Below are positions 17,456 to 26,689 of a DNA stretch of 64,000 nucleotides, one piece after another. Each line of letters starts with the position of its first letter. Position 1 is the stretch's first letter. The notes beneath the pieces were generated by a model. It did no database searches and was not told where the DNA came from. It saw only the letters and a list, made by a program, of their open reading frames with translations. A program made the translations under genes and the position numbers. Source of the stretch: a virus (Duplodnaviria; Heunggongvirae; Uroviricota; Caudoviricetes); IMG/VR virus record IMGVR_UViG_3300034283_001314; one strand, given 5' to 3'.

Positions 17456-17863
17456 ATGAACATAGCATTAACAATAGAACAAGTAAAGATGATGAGCAAA
17501 GCCGGATTTCACAAAGAAGCATTAGATGAATGTGATAAGGCAATTGAGTATTTAGTAAAAGCAGAGAATGAGGGTAAATCATCCGTAGTGACATATTTAC
17601 CAATTTTCGGTGAACCTATTATGACTAGATACGGAGTAAGTAAAAGAGTAAACGGATATGATAAGAAAGAATCTAAAAACATTGAGTTTTGGAAAGATAG
17701 ATTCTTTGATTTGATATTGTTGTTTACGCAAAGATACAATAGAAAAATGGGAATTAAACCAAAGAAAGTAAAACCCTTTAAGAAAGGAAGTGTTGATAGA
17801 GTATATGCATCAAATGCAAGTTTTGGTTCAGCAGGACCTTCATATAGAAATTCATTAGATTAA
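17456..17863 (+). CDS. hypothetical protein
   Basis: ATG ORF. Confidence 0.5.
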   Translation: MNIALTIEQVKMMSKAGFHKEALDECDKAIEYLVKAENEGKSSVVTYLPIFGEPIMTRYGVSKRVNGYDKKESKNIEFWKDRFFDLILLFTQRYNRKMGIKPKKVKPFKKGSVDRVYASNASFGSAGPSYRNSLD

Positions 17864-17883
17864 TAAATAAAAACAAATAAATT

Positions 17884-18240
17884 ATGAAAGCGATTAAGAT
17901 TGATGCAAAAAATAGACAAGTTATTGAAGTAGATATTACATCTGACTACAATGATATTAACAAAGAGATTGGTTCTCAAATATTCACAATAGCACATTCG
18001 TTAAAGAAGCGTGATACTATTATGGTAGATGATGAGGGATTATATAATAATGATAATACTTTCTTTGTTTATAAAGGAGCACATCAGCCGTTTGCAGGTA
18101 ATGGTTTGATTGTAGGTTGTAATGCAAAAGGTGACACAGTTGATTGTAAGATTGATATCAACGAAGTGAAACAAAATGTAGAGTTTTACGATAGAAACAC
18201 ATTAGCTATGGCAATGGCATTTGGTAAAGTAAAATACTAA
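17884..18240 (+). CDS. hypothetical protein
   Basis: ATG ORF. Confidence 0.5.
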   Translation: MKAIKIDAKNRQVIEVDITSDYNDINKEIGSQIFTIAHSLKKRDTIMVDDEGLYNNDNTFFVYKGAHQPFAGNGLIVGCNAKGDTVDCKIDINEVKQNVEFYDRNTLAMAMAFGKVKY

Positions 18241-18241
18241 T

Positions 18242-18388
18242 ATGAGAACGTATTATGATGTAACATTAGTGACAATAAGTGGAGATAAGGTGGATATCAA
18301 AAAATTAACATATTCACAAATCGCACAATTAACATCTAATGCAGATTTAAATAGAATTATAATTAATAAAGAATATACTAAAAAATAA
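18242..18388 (+). CDS. small hypothetical protein (48 aa)
   Basis: ATG directly after the upstream stop; fills an otherwise empty 150-nt gap. Confidence 0.3.
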   Translation: MRTYYDVTLVTISGDKVDIKKLTYSQIAQLTSNADLNRIIINKEYTKK

Positions 18389-18392
18389 AGTT

Positions 18393-18770
18393 ATGGGATT
18401 AGATATGTATGCTTTTTCTACTAAAGCAAAACCGAAATCGGAAGTAGATTTTGAAACTAAGAATTTTAAACCAGAGGAAGTTCACTATTGGAGAAAGCAT
18501 CCAAACTTACATGGTTGGATGCAATCGTTATATGATTCAAAGGGTGGAACATCCGATAGTTTCAATGGTGATTGTGTTGTATTGGATAGTGAAGATTTAG
18601 ATAATTTAGAACAAGATATAAGAGATTATAATTTACCAGATACATCTGGTTTCTTTTTTGGACAAAGTAGTAATGGTGATGAAGAAATCAAAGATGATTT
18701 GGAGTTTGTTAGTAAAGCAAGGGAAGCAATCAAACAAGGTAAGACCGTATATTACACAAGTTGGTGGTAA
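18393..18770 (+). CDS. hypothetical protein
   Basis: ATG ORF. Confidence 0.5.
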   Translation: MGLDMYAFSTKAKPKSEVDFETKNFKPEEVHYWRKHPNLHGWMQSLYDSKGGTSDSFNGDCVVLDSEDLDNLEQDIRDYNLPDTSGFFFGQSSNGDEEIKDDLEFVSKAREAIKQGKTVYYTSWW

Positions 18771-18786
18771 AATTAAAATTTAAAAT

Positions 18787-19002
18787 ATGATTAAGAGTAA
18801 AAAACAAAAGTTAGGAATTGAAATTGATTTGACGGGACCGGATGGTAACGCATTTGTATTGATTGGTATGGCAAGTAGATTAGCTAAACAATTAGGTAAA
18901 GATGGTAGAGCCATTCAAAAAGAAATGATTGATGGTAATTACGAACATTTAGTAAACACATTCGATAAACATTTCGGAGAATTTGTAACCTTATATAGAT
19001 AA
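18787..19002 (+). CDS. hypothetical protein
   Basis: ATG ORF. Confidence 0.45.
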   Translation: MIKSKKQKLGIEIDLTGPDGNAFVLIGMASRLAKQLGKDGRAIQKEMIDGNYEHLVNTFDKHFGEFVTLYR

Positions 19003-19006
19003 CACA

Positions 19007-19339
19007 ATGAGATTCAAATCAAATCATCCACCATTTTCATACGAAGGAGTATTCAGTAACCAAAAGTATGTTATATGTAGTTCCGATGGAGATGGGTGGG
19101 TTAAAGTAGATAGACATTATAGTTGGAATGAATTAGAACCATTGTGGGATAAAATAGAATATGGTAAAACTAATGTAGTGACAAAAACTAAACGAAAAGA
19201 ATACAAAGTAAGTGGTAGTAAAGGAAATGTATATAAAGTAGTTAGTGATGAGGGCATTTGGAGTTGTAGTTGTCCCGCACATGGTTTCGGTAGAGGTAAA
19301 GATTGTAAACATATTATTCAAATAAAAAATAAAAAATAA
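19007..19339 (+). CDS. SWIM zinc-finger protein
   Basis: C-terminal 'WSCSCPAHGFGRGKDCKHI' matches CxCx(n)CxH. It is a paralog of 21244-21777. Confidence 0.5.
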   Translation: MRFKSNHPPFSYEGVFSNQKYVICSSDGDGWVKVDRHYSWNELEPLWDKIEYGKTNVVTKTKRKEYKVSGSKGNVYKVVSDEGIWSCSCPAHGFGRGKDCKHIIQIKNKK

Positions 19340-19344
19340 AAGTT

Positions 19345-19728
19345 ATGGGATGTTTTAGTTTTATATGTAAAGAGACTGGGTTGCCAGTTGCATCAGATTC
19401 ATTTAGTGGTGATGCGGTAAGATTGTACCTATTAAAAAATGGTGAGGTTATAGAGGAGATGCGAGGTCATTACGATTCATATGGTAGAGTATTCAAAGAC
19501 AAAACTTGTGAAGATTCGTTTGAATGGAAAATGCATTGGAGTGATGTATGTGATATGATGTTTAATGATAATCCAGGTGATGGTATTGCGGTAGTATTAG
19601 AAAAGTATTTTACAGGTAAGATACCAACAACACAAAGTGAAGGAGATCCTGACCAAGGATGGGGTGAATATAATGGTGGTGGTAAAAAAATTAAAGAACC
19701 AGCACATATTGTATATTTTAAAAAATAA
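19345..19728 (+). CDS. hypothetical protein
   Basis: ATG ORF. Confidence 0.5.
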   Translation: MGCFSFICKETGLPVASDSFSGDAVRLYLLKNGEVIEEMRGHYDSYGRVFKDKTCEDSFEWKMHWSDVCDMMFNDNPGDGIAVVLEKYFTGKIPTTQSEGDPDQGWGEYNGGGKKIKEPAHIVYFKK

Positions 19729-19731
19729 AAG

Positions 19732-19893
19732 ATGCAAGTAAAAGAAAGTAAAACAAATTGGCACTTTAGAATAAGTGTAGCTAAATCAATTTTAAGGATT
19801 ATAGCAGGTATCGCATTAGTGAATAGTTTACTGATTCCAGCCGGTTCATTTTTTATAGTGGCTGAGATATTAGGAATTATTGAGGAATTGTAA
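19732..19893 (+). CDS. small membrane protein (53 aa)
   Basis: ATG 4 nt after the upstream stop, with a hydrophobic C-terminal helix. Confidence 0.3.
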   Translation: MQVKESKTNWHFRISVAKSILRIIAGIALVNSLLIPAGSFFIVAEILGIIEEL

Positions 19894-19904
19894 AACTTAG
19901 TAGA

Positions 19905-20099
19905 ATGAAAAATACACTTAAACAACGAACTTACGAATGTAAATGTGGGGCATTAACAAAAGAATATCTTTGGGATAATGATTTGGATAACACAAAAGTT
20001 AAATGTTCGGATTGTTCAAAGTTATTAACTAAAAAGAATTTAGTAACACAAACTACAACCGATGCAGTAAGTATTAGAACACCAACAAAAAATAGATAA
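19905..20099 (+). CDS. small zinc-ribbon protein
   Basis: 'CKCG...CSDCS' forms a Cys4 ribbon. Confidence 0.4.
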   Translation: MKNTLKQRTYECKCGALTKEYLWDNDLDNTKVKCSDCSKLLTKKNLVTQTTTDAVSIRTPTKNR

Positions 20100-20102
20100 C
20101 AA

Positions 20103-20477
20103 ATGAAAAAAATATTTCCAAAGAAAGAAAGAGGACCAATGATGTTAATTGATAAGGTATTTACTATTCCATTATTTCATGCTAATACACAACAATATGT
20201 ATGTACCGAAGTTGTGGAATTAGGTAGTAGTACACATAGTAAAACATATGGATTATATTTCAAATGGTTACCAACATCATTTAGTGTACCTGAAATATTA
20301 AGAATGGACATTGAAATATACAAACAAAATATTAAACCATTTTTAGTTAGCATATCTTTGTATGAAAAAACAAATAGTGGAAACTATGTTGTAACTTGTA
20401 ATGGACATTTTGATGAAGATTACATATCAACGCCTGCAAAAATTCAAACTATGATTGAACGATTAATAAATAGATAA
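20103..20477 (+). CDS. hypothetical protein
   Basis: ATG ORF. Confidence 0.5.
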   Translation: MKKIFPKKERGPMMLIDKVFTIPLFHANTQQYVCTEVVELGSSTHSKTYGLYFKWLPTSFSVPEILRMDIEIYKQNIKPFLVSISLYEKTNSGNYVVTCNGHFDEDYISTPAKIQTMIERLINR

Positions 20478-20839
20478 TGAAAACAAAAACATATTTTAGT
20501 GAGTTCCGTGGTGACATTGCTGTTGCTATTTTAGGTAAAGATGATTATCGATACGGAGTGATGAAACCTTTATTCGATATGTGTGGTTTTGGTTTTGCTG
20601 AAACAAGTTCGGGTTGTGTATTCATTGATGGTGAAGTAAAACTAACCAAAGATGAATTGAAATGGGTAGAAGCACATGAAGTAGCACACATACTTTTAAA
20701 ACACACAAAGGAAAGAAACGATAATGATGAAATTGCAGCTGATATGTTTGCAATTATATTACTAAAAGATAAAGGATATACCAAAGCAGCACAATTGATA
20801 GAGGACAAATTTGAAGAAAGACATAAAAGAAAATTATAA
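20477..20839 (+). CDS. ImmA/IrrE-family (DUF955) metallopeptidase-like protein
   Basis: 'HEVAHILLKH...E..AADMFAIILL' matches HExxH...E..A..FA..LL. Confidence 0.5.
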   Translation: MKTKTYFSEFRGDIAVAILGKDDYRYGVMKPLFDMCGFGFAETSSGCVFIDGEVKLTKDELKWVEAHEVAHILLKHTKERNDNDEIAADMFAIILLKDKGYTKAAQLIEDKFEERHKRKL

Positions 20840-20842
20840 GTT

Positions 20843-21247
20843 ATGAATTACAATATAATACTTTCAATAGTAATGGTATGTTTACCTTACGAAATGGAAC
20901 GTGAAGAGTTACGAATCAATAAAATGATTGAAACGATTACTCCCGAAATAGTGACACTAACCACATATAAAGCAAATGTAGGAGAAACCGATAGTACACC
21001 AAATATAACTGCGAGTGGTTTTAAAATTACTAACCCAAAGAAACATAGAATAATTGCAGTTAGTAGAGATTTAAAAAAGAAATACAAATTCGGACAAAAG
21101 ATAAGAATAACAGGAGCCGGTAAATATGATGGCACGTATAGGGTACATGATGTAATGAACAAACGATATAGAAATAGAATTGATATATTAATTGGAGATA
21201 AAGATAAACAAACTAAATTAAACAAAATTAAAATATATAAGATATGA
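20843..21247 (+). CDS. 3D-domain protein (MltA-like cell-wall-binding domain)
   Basis: 'TASGFKIT...IIAVS...GQKIRITGAGKYDGTYRVHDVMNKRYRNRIDIL' resembles the 3D-domain pattern. Confidence 0.4.
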   Translation: MNYNIILSIVMVCLPYEMEREELRINKMIETITPEIVTLTTYKANVGETDSTPNITASGFKITNPKKHRIIAVSRDLKKKYKFGQKIRITGAGKYDGTYRVHDVMNKRYRNRIDILIGDKDKQTKLNKIKIYKI

Positions 21248-21777
21248 GAAGGCCAGAAAATTTCCACAAAATAGATAATGAAAGTTTACCAATAGGTAGT
21301 CAAATAGTAAATATAGATGTAAGCAAAGAAGGGTTTTTTGTTATGAATAATGGGATTGGTAATAGTTGGAATAATGTAGTTCTATTTGAAATGGATTGGG
21401 AAAACGAACAATACAATGTTAAGATATGTGTATTGGGTGAAGGAACGGATGGTTGGTATTTACATGAAAAACTGCCTATACCAAAATTTTTAATGAAAAC
21501 CGTAAATGCATTTAAAGAATTTGTATATAGTAATATGATGGATGTGGTATCTAAGGTAGATTTAACTAACATAGAACCTGATATGGCAGGAATAACTAAT
21601 GTAGATGTAGTAGAAGTTAAACATAATGTACAAAGTAGTTCAGGTCCTAATACAACATACGAAGTGACAGAAAATGTAGGTGGAATTTTTGATTTATGGA
21701 GTTGTAGTTGTCCTGCATTTATGTATAGTAAAGAAACACCACAAACGTGTAAACATATTAAATCAATTAAAAAATAA
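21244..21777 (+). CDS. SWIM zinc-finger protein (paralog of 19007-19339)
   Basis: C-terminal 'WSCSCPAFMYSKETPQTCKHI'. Confidence 0.5.
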   Translation: MRRPENFHKIDNESLPIGSQIVNIDVSKEGFFVMNNGIGNSWNNVVLFEMDWENEQYNVKICVLGEGTDGWYLHEKLPIPKFLMKTVNAFKEFVYSNMMDVVSKVDLTNIEPDMAGITNVDVVEVKHNVQSSSGPNTTYEVTENVGGIFDLWSCSCPAFMYSKETPQTCKHIKSIKK

Positions 21778-21781
21778 ACAT

Positions 21782-22054
21782 ATGAAACAATTTAAAGACT
21801 TGGAATTTAAACCACACCCAATGGCAGATGGATTGAATGGTATAATTAGCCGTATTGAATTTGATAATGGATTCGGTGCAAGTGTAGTAAAACATCAATA
21901 CTCTTATGGTGGTGATAGAGGCTTATATGAATTAGCAGTATTGGATAGTAATGGTGAAGTGCATTATGATAATTCAGTTGCTAATGGTGATGTGATTGGT
22001 TATTTAAGACCTGAAGATGTGACAGATGTAATGGAAAAAATACAAAAATTGTAG
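21782..22054 (+). CDS. hypothetical protein
   Basis: The ATG at 21782 follows the upstream stop; the ORF-track start at 21680 overlaps the previous gene. Confidence 0.45.
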   Translation: MKQFKDLEFKPHPMADGLNGIISRIEFDNGFGASVVKHQYSYGGDRGLYELAVLDSNGEVHYDNSVANGDVIGYLRPEDVTDVMEKIQKL

Positions 22055-22092
22055 TGTTCATATATTAAATAATCATAATATATGGATAAAAG

Positions 22093-22205
22093 CATAACTC
22101 ATTGATTATCAGCAAGTTATAAGTTGTTGGTTTTCAATGAGTTATAAATCTTTATGGCATTGGGTAATTATTAAGACGTAACTCGTTGATACTCAATAAA
22201 CAATC
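22093..22205. repeat. dyad operator-like repeat cassette (nearly identical to 14475-14590)
   Basis: 'aactcattgattatcagcaagttataagttgttggttttcaatgagttat' plus 'acgtaactcgttgatactcaat'. Confidence 0.6.
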
Positions 22206-22238
22206 TTTATTTTAGGTAAAAATAGTTTAAAAAAGGCA

Positions 22239-22268
22239 TTGTTAGTCCAATAAAAAGTCGTATCTTTG
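22239..22268 (+). promoter_or_regulatory. Bacteroidetes-type promoter (GTCGTATCTTTG class)
   Basis: TTG at 22239-22241 and TATCTTTG at 22261-22268. Confidence 0.5.
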
Positions 22269-22315
22269 ATTATTACCGACAGGATAAAACACGACACATA
22301 ATAAAAAATTATAAT

Positions 22316-22729
22316 ATGAACTATTATCAAATTGTAGCATTTGCACAAACCTTAAAATCTAAAAATATGAAAAGTAACAATGAGAATGCATTTATCAATG
22401 ATGCGTATGATGAAGAAAGTAAATTACACATTGAGTTTATGAGTGAAGTGAAACGACACGATTATTCTTATATGATGAGTGATGATGATAGAGTTTATAG
22501 AAACGGCCGTAGTGTTGAAAAACAAATTGAAGAAAAACTACACGCACTTATCAACATATGTAAATATGATGCAAGTGATTTGTTGGATGAAGTTCTAACC
22601 AATGTAAAACAAGAATACAATGATAGGGATAGTAACGGAGATGATTTAACACATAGAGTAATTAAAGGTTGGTTCAAACCTTATACTGAAACTGAAAGAA
22701 AATTATTCACATTAAACAACGATAGATAA
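22316..22729 (+). CDS. hypothetical protein
   Basis: ATG ORF after the promoter. Confidence 0.5.
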   Translation: MNYYQIVAFAQTLKSKNMKSNNENAFINDAYDEESKLHIEFMSEVKRHDYSYMMSDDDRVYRNGRSVEKQIEEKLHALINICKYDASDLLDEVLTNVKQEYNDRDSNGDDLTHRVIKGWFKPYTETERKLFTLNNDR

Positions 22730-22730
22730 T

Positions 22731-23840
22731 ATGAAACTAGATACAATATACAAAAAGACAAAGACAGGTGCAACGCAAGAATGGACAATTGAAGTAGTGG
22801 GTAACAAATACCGAACTCATAGTGGACAAGTTGGTGGTGCTATTACTACGAATGAATGGACAATTTGTTATGGTAAGAATGTAGGTAGAGCAAACGAAAC
22901 TACGGATAAAGAACAAACAATGGCAGAAGCCGTAGCAAAGAGAACAAAGAAGTTAGAGAGTGGTTACTTTGAGAATATCAAACACATTAACAAACAACAA
23001 TACTTTGAACCAATGTTGGCAAGTAAGTGGGAAGATAGTAAAGATAAGATTACTTACCCAATCTTTTCACAACCTAAGTTAGATGGTATTCGTTGTGTAG
23101 TGACAAAAGATGGTATGTTTAGTAGAAATGGTAAACCAATCATTTCAGCACCACATATTAGAAAGAGTTTGGATGATATATTTCAAGTATATCCTGAATT
23201 GATATTGGATGGTGAGTTATATGCTGACAAGTTCGCAAATGACTTTAATAAGATTGTATCGTTGGTAAAGAAAACTAAACCAAATGATACCGATTTGAAA
23301 GAAAGTAAAAAGAATATTCAGTATTGGATTTATGATTTACCTGATAACGATATACAATTTGGTGAAAGATGTGAAAGATTAAATGAGTTGTTTGAAAATT
23401 ACAATTCATTCAGTAAGCATTGTGTAGAAGTTGAAACTGAGATTTGTAATGATGAAGATGAAGTGATGGGGTTGTATGAGGAATATGTGGATAATGGATT
23501 TGAAGGTCAGATGTTACGATTGAATAAAGAGTATGAGAATAAGAGAAGTAAATCTTTAATGAAACATAAATCGTTTGTTGATGAAGAATATACTATTTTG
23601 GATATCGTAGAGGGTGAGGGTAATAGAACTGGAACGGCTGGTTATATGGTATTTGAAACGATTGAAGGTAAACGATTCAAATCAAATGTAAAAGGAACGT
23701 GGGATGAAACTGCCGAAATGTTAAAGAATAAAAAGAAACTAATAGGCAAGCAAGCAACGATTAAGTATTTCAATCTAACACCAGATGGAATACCTCGTTT
23801 CCCATATGTAATTAATATTGATAGAAACGAATACGAATAA
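22731..23840 (+). CDS. ATP-dependent DNA ligase (T7-like size)
   Basis: Motif I 'KLDGIR' (KxDG) followed by 'FEGQMLR...K.K'. Length is 369 aa. Confidence 0.7.
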   Translation: MKLDTIYKKTKTGATQEWTIEVVGNKYRTHSGQVGGAITTNEWTICYGKNVGRANETTDKEQTMAEAVAKRTKKLESGYFENIKHINKQQYFEPMLASKWEDSKDKITYPIFSQPKLDGIRCVVTKDGMFSRNGKPIISAPHIRKSLDDIFQVYPELILDGELYADKFANDFNKIVSLVKKTKPNDTDLKESKKNIQYWIYDLPDNDIQFGERCERLNELFENYNSFSKHCVEVETEICNDEDEVMGLYEEYVDNGFEGQMLRLNKEYENKRSKSLMKHKSFVDEEYTILDIVEGEGNRTGTAGYMVFETIEGKRFKSNVKGTWDETAEMLKNKKKLIGKQATIKYFNLTPDGIPRFPYVINIDRNEYE

Positions 23841-23841
23841 T

Positions 23842-24159
23842 ATGATAACGATAAAGAATATAGATAAAATAGTATCAATCAATTCACAAGATATTGAAGT
23901 GATGGATTGGAAACAAGAACCTGATTATTATCAATTTACATTTGAGCATGATAACATACATTCAACAACTTTCGTAGCTAAAATGAATAGACATCATGAT
24001 TGGGGTGATACCGATTCATATAGAATGAGATTATGGGATGGTATAAATAGTTCACCATTAGAATATAATTTTGGATTGCATGATATAGAAAATCCATTCA
24101 CATTACTCAACTACTTAAAAGATGTATTGTATGATTGGGATAATATAACAAACAAATAA
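23842..24159 (+). CDS. member of the ML(I/K)I(K/Q)N small-protein family
   Basis: Starts 'MITIKNIDKIV' at the ATG directly after the ligase stop. 'DYYQFTFEH' parallels 'DYYQFSIHS' in 37488. Confidence 0.45.
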   Translation: MITIKNIDKIVSINSQDIEVMDWKQEPDYYQFTFEHDNIHSTTFVAKMNRHHDWGDTDSYRMRLWDGINSSPLEYNFGLHDIENPFTLLNYLKDVLYDWDNITNK

Positions 24160-24162
24160 TTT

Positions 24163-24684
24163 ATGAGAGGTAAAGCAATATTCATAGACATAGATGGCCC
24201 ATTATCGTGGGGTAATTGGGGAGATGGTAAAGTGAAAATAATGGAAGGAACGATGAATGAGTTTACAATACCTTACGCATGGGACAGAGCCGATTGTGAA
24301 GCATTGAGTGAGATTATAAAACAAACTGATGCACAATTAGTAGTATCATCCGATTGGAGAAAACATTTTGGTTTTATTCAGTTGAGTATGATATTTGAAC
24401 ATTATGGTATTGGTAGGTGGAACTTATTGGATACTACAACAAACTTTAATCCTAAAAAGAAACTCAGTTCATCAATTCAATGGGATAGAGCATGTGAGAT
24501 TGAAATGTGGGTTAAGTCATTCAAACCTACCAATTGGATTTCTATTGATGATATGCAATTAAACTTTGGATATAAGTCATTAGGTATTCCACAATGGAGA
24601 CATGTACAAGTTGATGGTGATTTTGGATATGGTGGTAAGTTAAGAGATAAGGTTGATGAATGTATAACAAAATTAAATAGATAA
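24163..24684 (+). CDS. HAD-superfamily hydrolase-like protein
   Basis: 'IFIDIDGPL' matches DxD motif I. Confidence 0.45.
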   Translation: MRGKAIFIDIDGPLSWGNWGDGKVKIMEGTMNEFTIPYAWDRADCEALSEIIKQTDAQLVVSSDWRKHFGFIQLSMIFEHYGIGRWNLLDTTTNFNPKKKLSSSIQWDRACEIEMWVKSFKPTNWISIDDMQLNFGYKSLGIPQWRHVQVDGDFGYGGKLRDKVDECITKLNR

Positions 24685-24687
24685 CAA

Positions 24688-25038
24688 ATGAATTACAATA
24701 AAATAATAATCGGTATCTTATTTGGTATCTTAGGACAGATAGGAACGTTTCTACAATTACAAGGTAGTTACAAATATGGGTGGCATGAAAAGTATCAATG
24801 GTTAGTTATATTAGCCAGTTTACCTTTAGGGTGGATTTACATACAAAGTGTAAATGGACTTATAGTAGGATTTGGTGGACAGATATGGCCTTCGCGTTTG
24901 TTAGGATTTGGTATTGGTGTAATTATATTTACATTGATGTCACACTTTCTATTCAAAGAACCATTAGGTATGAAGAACGCATTATGTTTAGGTTTGGGAT
25001 TTGTTATAGTGGGTATTCAGTTATTTGTTAAAAATTAA
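24688..25038 (+). CDS. integral membrane protein
   Basis: Four predicted hydrophobic helices. Confidence 0.5.
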   Translation: MNYNKIIIGILFGILGQIGTFLQLQGSYKYGWHEKYQWLVILASLPLGWIYIQSVNGLIVGFGGQIWPSRLLGFGIGVIIFTLMSHFLFKEPLGMKNALCLGLGFVIVGIQLFVKN

Positions 25039-25041
25039 GAT

Positions 25042-26316
25042 ATGAAAAAAATTATATTAGGATTAATCGTAGTGACATTATTCGGATGTGAAAAAGTAGC
25101 ACCTGGAACATATATGTTTCCTAGAAATAAAAAAGAAGATGTAGTTACACAACCAATTCTACCTACAAATACTCAAATTGAAAAATTACCGAAAGGTTAT
25201 TATTTTGGTAAATCATCATACGAATTGAGAGTTGCACAAACCTATATTAATATAGATTCACTTAGAACTATATTTGGTATTAGAACTATTGGTGAATTTA
25301 AGGGTAATAATAATTTAGGATTCGTTTATGTTGATATGAACAACGATGGATTTGAAGATATATTTTATCCATATAGTACAGGTAGTGAAGTTAATTTAAA
25401 ACCAGAGGTTTTTATTTATTATGGTAACACATATATTAGAGATAATAGTATGTTACCAAATGATTATGTAGGAAATCAAAATACCAGAAAAACAATAGTG
25501 GGTGATTATAACAATGATAGTTTACCTGATTTGTTTTTAATTAATTCAGGATATGAAAATGTAAATACTCAACATTTTGCATTAGAAAAAAATACATTGT
25601 TATTAAGTGATAGAATTACAGGAAAATATAAGTTAGGTGATTTATCAATGTTAGGTAGAGATTTTTGGCATGGTGGTGCATCTGGCGATTTAAATGGTGA
25701 TGGTAATATTGATATTGTAATAAGTTCAGGTAAACCTGTATTATTATTAGGAAATGGAAAAGGGGGATTTACAAAGCAAAATATAGATTTTAAAAATGAT
25801 AATTTAGGTGCCTATATTACTATTGAAATAATGGATGTAGATAAAAACGGAACAAATGATATTATAATGACCGGTGATGAAGGACAGAGAAATAATAATT
25901 CAATAGCAAAATCTACTATATTATTTAATAACAATTTATCATTTCAAAAAGTAGATATAACTGAACCAAATATATTAGGATGGAAATTGGTTATGGATAT
26001 TGGATGTGAAGATATTGATAATGATGGTATTAAAGAAATATTTTTATGCAGAACGAGAGATAATACATCCGTTTGGTCTAATGGTTATTTAATTAACATT
26101 TATAAAAAAGTGGGAAATGGATATGAAGATGTTAGTGATAAATTTATAAAAAATAATAGATTTGTTGCAGGAGATAGAAACTATGCTGGATTTTGGATAT
26201 ATCAAATGACTCTTAAAAAAGAAAAAGATGGATTATATTCAATTAATGCATATGTTAGTGATAAAAGTACAGTCCAATATTGGAAACAAAATAGTATAAC
26301 AAAACAATTTGAATAA
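25042..26316 (+). CDS. lipoprotein with FG-GAP/VCBS-like calcium-binding repeats
   Basis: Signal peptide 'LGLIVVTLFGC'. Repeats follow: DMNNDGFEDIF, DLNGDGNIDIV, DVDKNGTNDII and DIDNDGIKEIF. Confidence 0.55.
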   Translation: MKKIILGLIVVTLFGCEKVAPGTYMFPRNKKEDVVTQPILPTNTQIEKLPKGYYFGKSSYELRVAQTYINIDSLRTIFGIRTIGEFKGNNNLGFVYVDMNNDGFEDIFYPYSTGSEVNLKPEVFIYYGNTYIRDNSMLPNDYVGNQNTRKTIVGDYNNDSLPDLFLINSGYENVNTQHFALEKNTLLLSDRITGKYKLGDLSMLGRDFWHGGASGDLNGDGNIDIVISSGKPVLLLGNGKGGFTKQNIDFKNDNLGAYITIEIMDVDKNGTNDIIMTGDEGQRNNNSIAKSTILFNNNLSFQKVDITEPNILGWKLVMDIGCEDIDNDGIKEIFLCRTRDNTSVWSNGYLINIYKKVGNGYEDVSDKFIKNNRFVAGDRNYAGFWIYQMTLKKEKDGLYSINAYVSDKSTVQYWKQNSITKQFE

Positions 26317-26486
26317 TGAGCAGATACGATAGATTATTATTAGAACAAGCAAGAGATTACTTTACTCGTAAACTTAAATTGTTAGAATCCTTAGATAAAC
26401 ATTTGACGGAAAAAGGTAACTTTACAAAAGGACAGCAAGATTTATTACGGAAACTTACAAATGATAATACTTATTCAAAAAAGTAA
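26316..26486 (+). CDS. small hypothetical protein (56 aa)
   Basis: ATG overlaps the upstream stop (TAATG). Confidence 0.3.
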   Translation: MSRYDRLLLEQARDYFTRKLKLLESLDKHLTEKGNFTKGQQDLLRKLTNDNTYSKK

Positions 26487-26491
26487 TACAT

Positions 26492-26689
26492 ATGAATTGG
26501 GAAAACAAATTAAAAGCAACTGGCTTCCTTTCACTTAAAAATAAAGATGGTGAAACATTTAGTTATATTAAATTAGATGATGCGGCAAAGATAGCTGAAA
26601 TGGCTTATAACGAAGCATTGGATAAATTAAAAGAAATTTATAAAACTGAAGCAGATATAGTTGATACGATTAAAGATTTAAGATTGTAA
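26492..26689 (+). CDS. hypothetical protein
   Basis: ATG ORF. Confidence 0.45.
   Translation: MNWENKLKATGFLSLKNKDGETFSYIKLDDAAKIAEMAYNEALDKLKEIYKTEADIVDTIKDLRL

Noticed and set aside
19470-19925. Minus-strand ORFs in the supplied track (for example 19470-19925, 20887-21267, 32018-32482, 45867-46208 and 62164-62451)
   Set aside because: All of them overlap well-supported plus-strand genes along their full length. They have low-complexity, Ile/Leu/Phe/Ser-rich translations typical of shadow frames in AT-rich DNA. No minus-strand promoter motif was seen. The window appears to be transcribed entirely rightward.
20477-20839. Lysogeny module inferred from ImmA/IrrE-like proteins
   Set aside because: No integrase, excisionase, XRE/CI-like repressor or attachment-site signature accompanies them. 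The window gives no evidence of a temperate lifestyle.
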